Source: a virus
Taxonomy: Duplodnaviria; Caudoviricetes
Virus record (IMG/VR): IMGVR_UViG_3300012232_000044
Coordinates: 1-26,389 of that record
DNA length: 26,389 bases
Strand: one strand, 5' to 3'
A program made the translations under genes and the position numbers. Positions 25,646 to 26,389 of the stretch are shown here, one piece after another. The notes under the pieces are model-generated. The model did no database searches. It had not been told where the DNA came from and saw only the letters and a list, made by a program, of their open reading frames with translations. Numbering within the stretch: position 1 is the stretch's first letter; each line of letters starts with the position of its first letter.

Positions 25646-26388
25646 TACGCTCCTGTTATCAACGCGTGGATAGCCCTGTTTCCATTAACTCCAAACACAG
25701 TAGCGGGAAGTGGGGGAGTATTTGCAGTTTCCTTTGAGACTCCCGCGATATTTCCAGAGGCAAGCCCGGCAAATTCAAAAGTCCCGCTGCTATTAGTTAG
25801 AGCAAACCAATAAATCCCCGGTTCCAGGGTAAGCGTTGTAGGCGTACCTTGAAAAATGCTAGCTCCTGCTGATCCCGGCGCAGGACTAGAAATATTGCCT
25901 CTATGCCATAGAAGTTGAAAATCCTTGTTATAAATTCCAAAGTCAATCGTCCCTGCCGAAACTGCAACTATAAACCCCACTGAAGCAACTGTAACTCGCT
26001 TATGCACTGTAATTTGAGTCATTACTACCAAGTTTGCCACCAGCCCAACAGCGTTAACTGGATTAATCGGTGTGAAAAACATTTGACCAGGAAATGCAGA
26101 CTCCAAGGCAGCCACATCAATTTTAATATCGTTAATGTCAGTCTGAATGCTTGCCGGAATTCCAATTTGCGCTGCGGTAAGCTTTGTGGTATCGAGATTT
26201 CCCGCCACCAACGCTGTAGCACCAGCAGGTATCAGAACATTTGCAAGCAGCAGAGAGTTACTAGGAATAGCAGCCGCGCCAGACAGGTTGGAAAGTGTAG
26301 CCCCTGAAGTTGCTACCCCGGACACTACTCGGAATTTTGTACTTGTCTCTGTATCCCCTCCCCCTGAAATACTTGCATCTTGCACTAC
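25645..26388 (-). CDS. Minor tail / fibre protein, C-terminal part (5' end outside window)
   Basis: Frame is open to the window edge. 'VVSG...AAIPSNSLLLANVLIPAGATAL' is a minor-tail motif typical of actinophages, followed by a short coiled coil and a beta-sandwich tip. Confidence 0.65.
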   Translation of the reverse strand, partial: VVQDASISGGGDTETSTKFRVVSGVATSGATLSNLSGAAAIPSNSLLLANVLIPAGATALVAGNLDTTKLTAAQIGIPASIQTDINDIKIDVAALESAFPGQMFFTPINPVNAVGLVANLVVMTQITVHKRVTVASVGFIVAVSAGTIDFGIYNKDFQLLWHRGNISSPAPGSAGASIFQGTPTTLTLEPGIYWFALTNSSGTFEFAGLASGNIAGVSKETANTPPLPATVFGVNGNRAIHALITGA

Positions 26389-26389
26389 T

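Larger units (their letters stand above)
1..26389 (-). mobile_element. Tailed phage (contractile-tail) virion morphogenesis and lysis region
   Basis: Co-oriented terminase, portal, protease, capsid, neck, sheath, tube, chaperone and tape-measure genes in canonical order. No host genes or attachment sites are visible. Confidence 0.95.

Overview
A 26.4 kb segment of a tailed dsDNA phage (or prophage) late region. Every credible gene is on the minus strand, and most are tightly coupled (ATGA/TAATG overlaps). Order from right to left: partial minor tail protein, endolysin, a small ORF and a Zn-finger/HTH protein, terminator, lambda-GpA-type terminase large subunit, probable small terminase (unusually downstream of terL), portal, a cluster of tiny mostly very basic ORFs, prohead protease/scaffold, HeH-like protein, decoration protein, major capsid, a ~10.7 kb accessory structural cassette, head-tail adaptor/closure/neck/terminator genes, tail sheath, tube, Zn-finger protein, tail assembly chaperone with a -1 frameshift, and the start of the tape measure. 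The sheath implies a contractile tail. Some motifs resemble actinobacterial phages, but the host cannot be fixed from sequence. The strongest candidate for a new system is the cassette between capsid and adaptor. It has two long proteins built from 16-18 aa D-x-G-x-G-x-D repeats that share a C-terminal signature, lectin-like and enzymatic (beta-helix/IPT/esterase) modules, and short motifs shared between proteins, which suggests a modular, templated head/neck fibre. All product calls come from motif recognition and gene order; no database searches were run.
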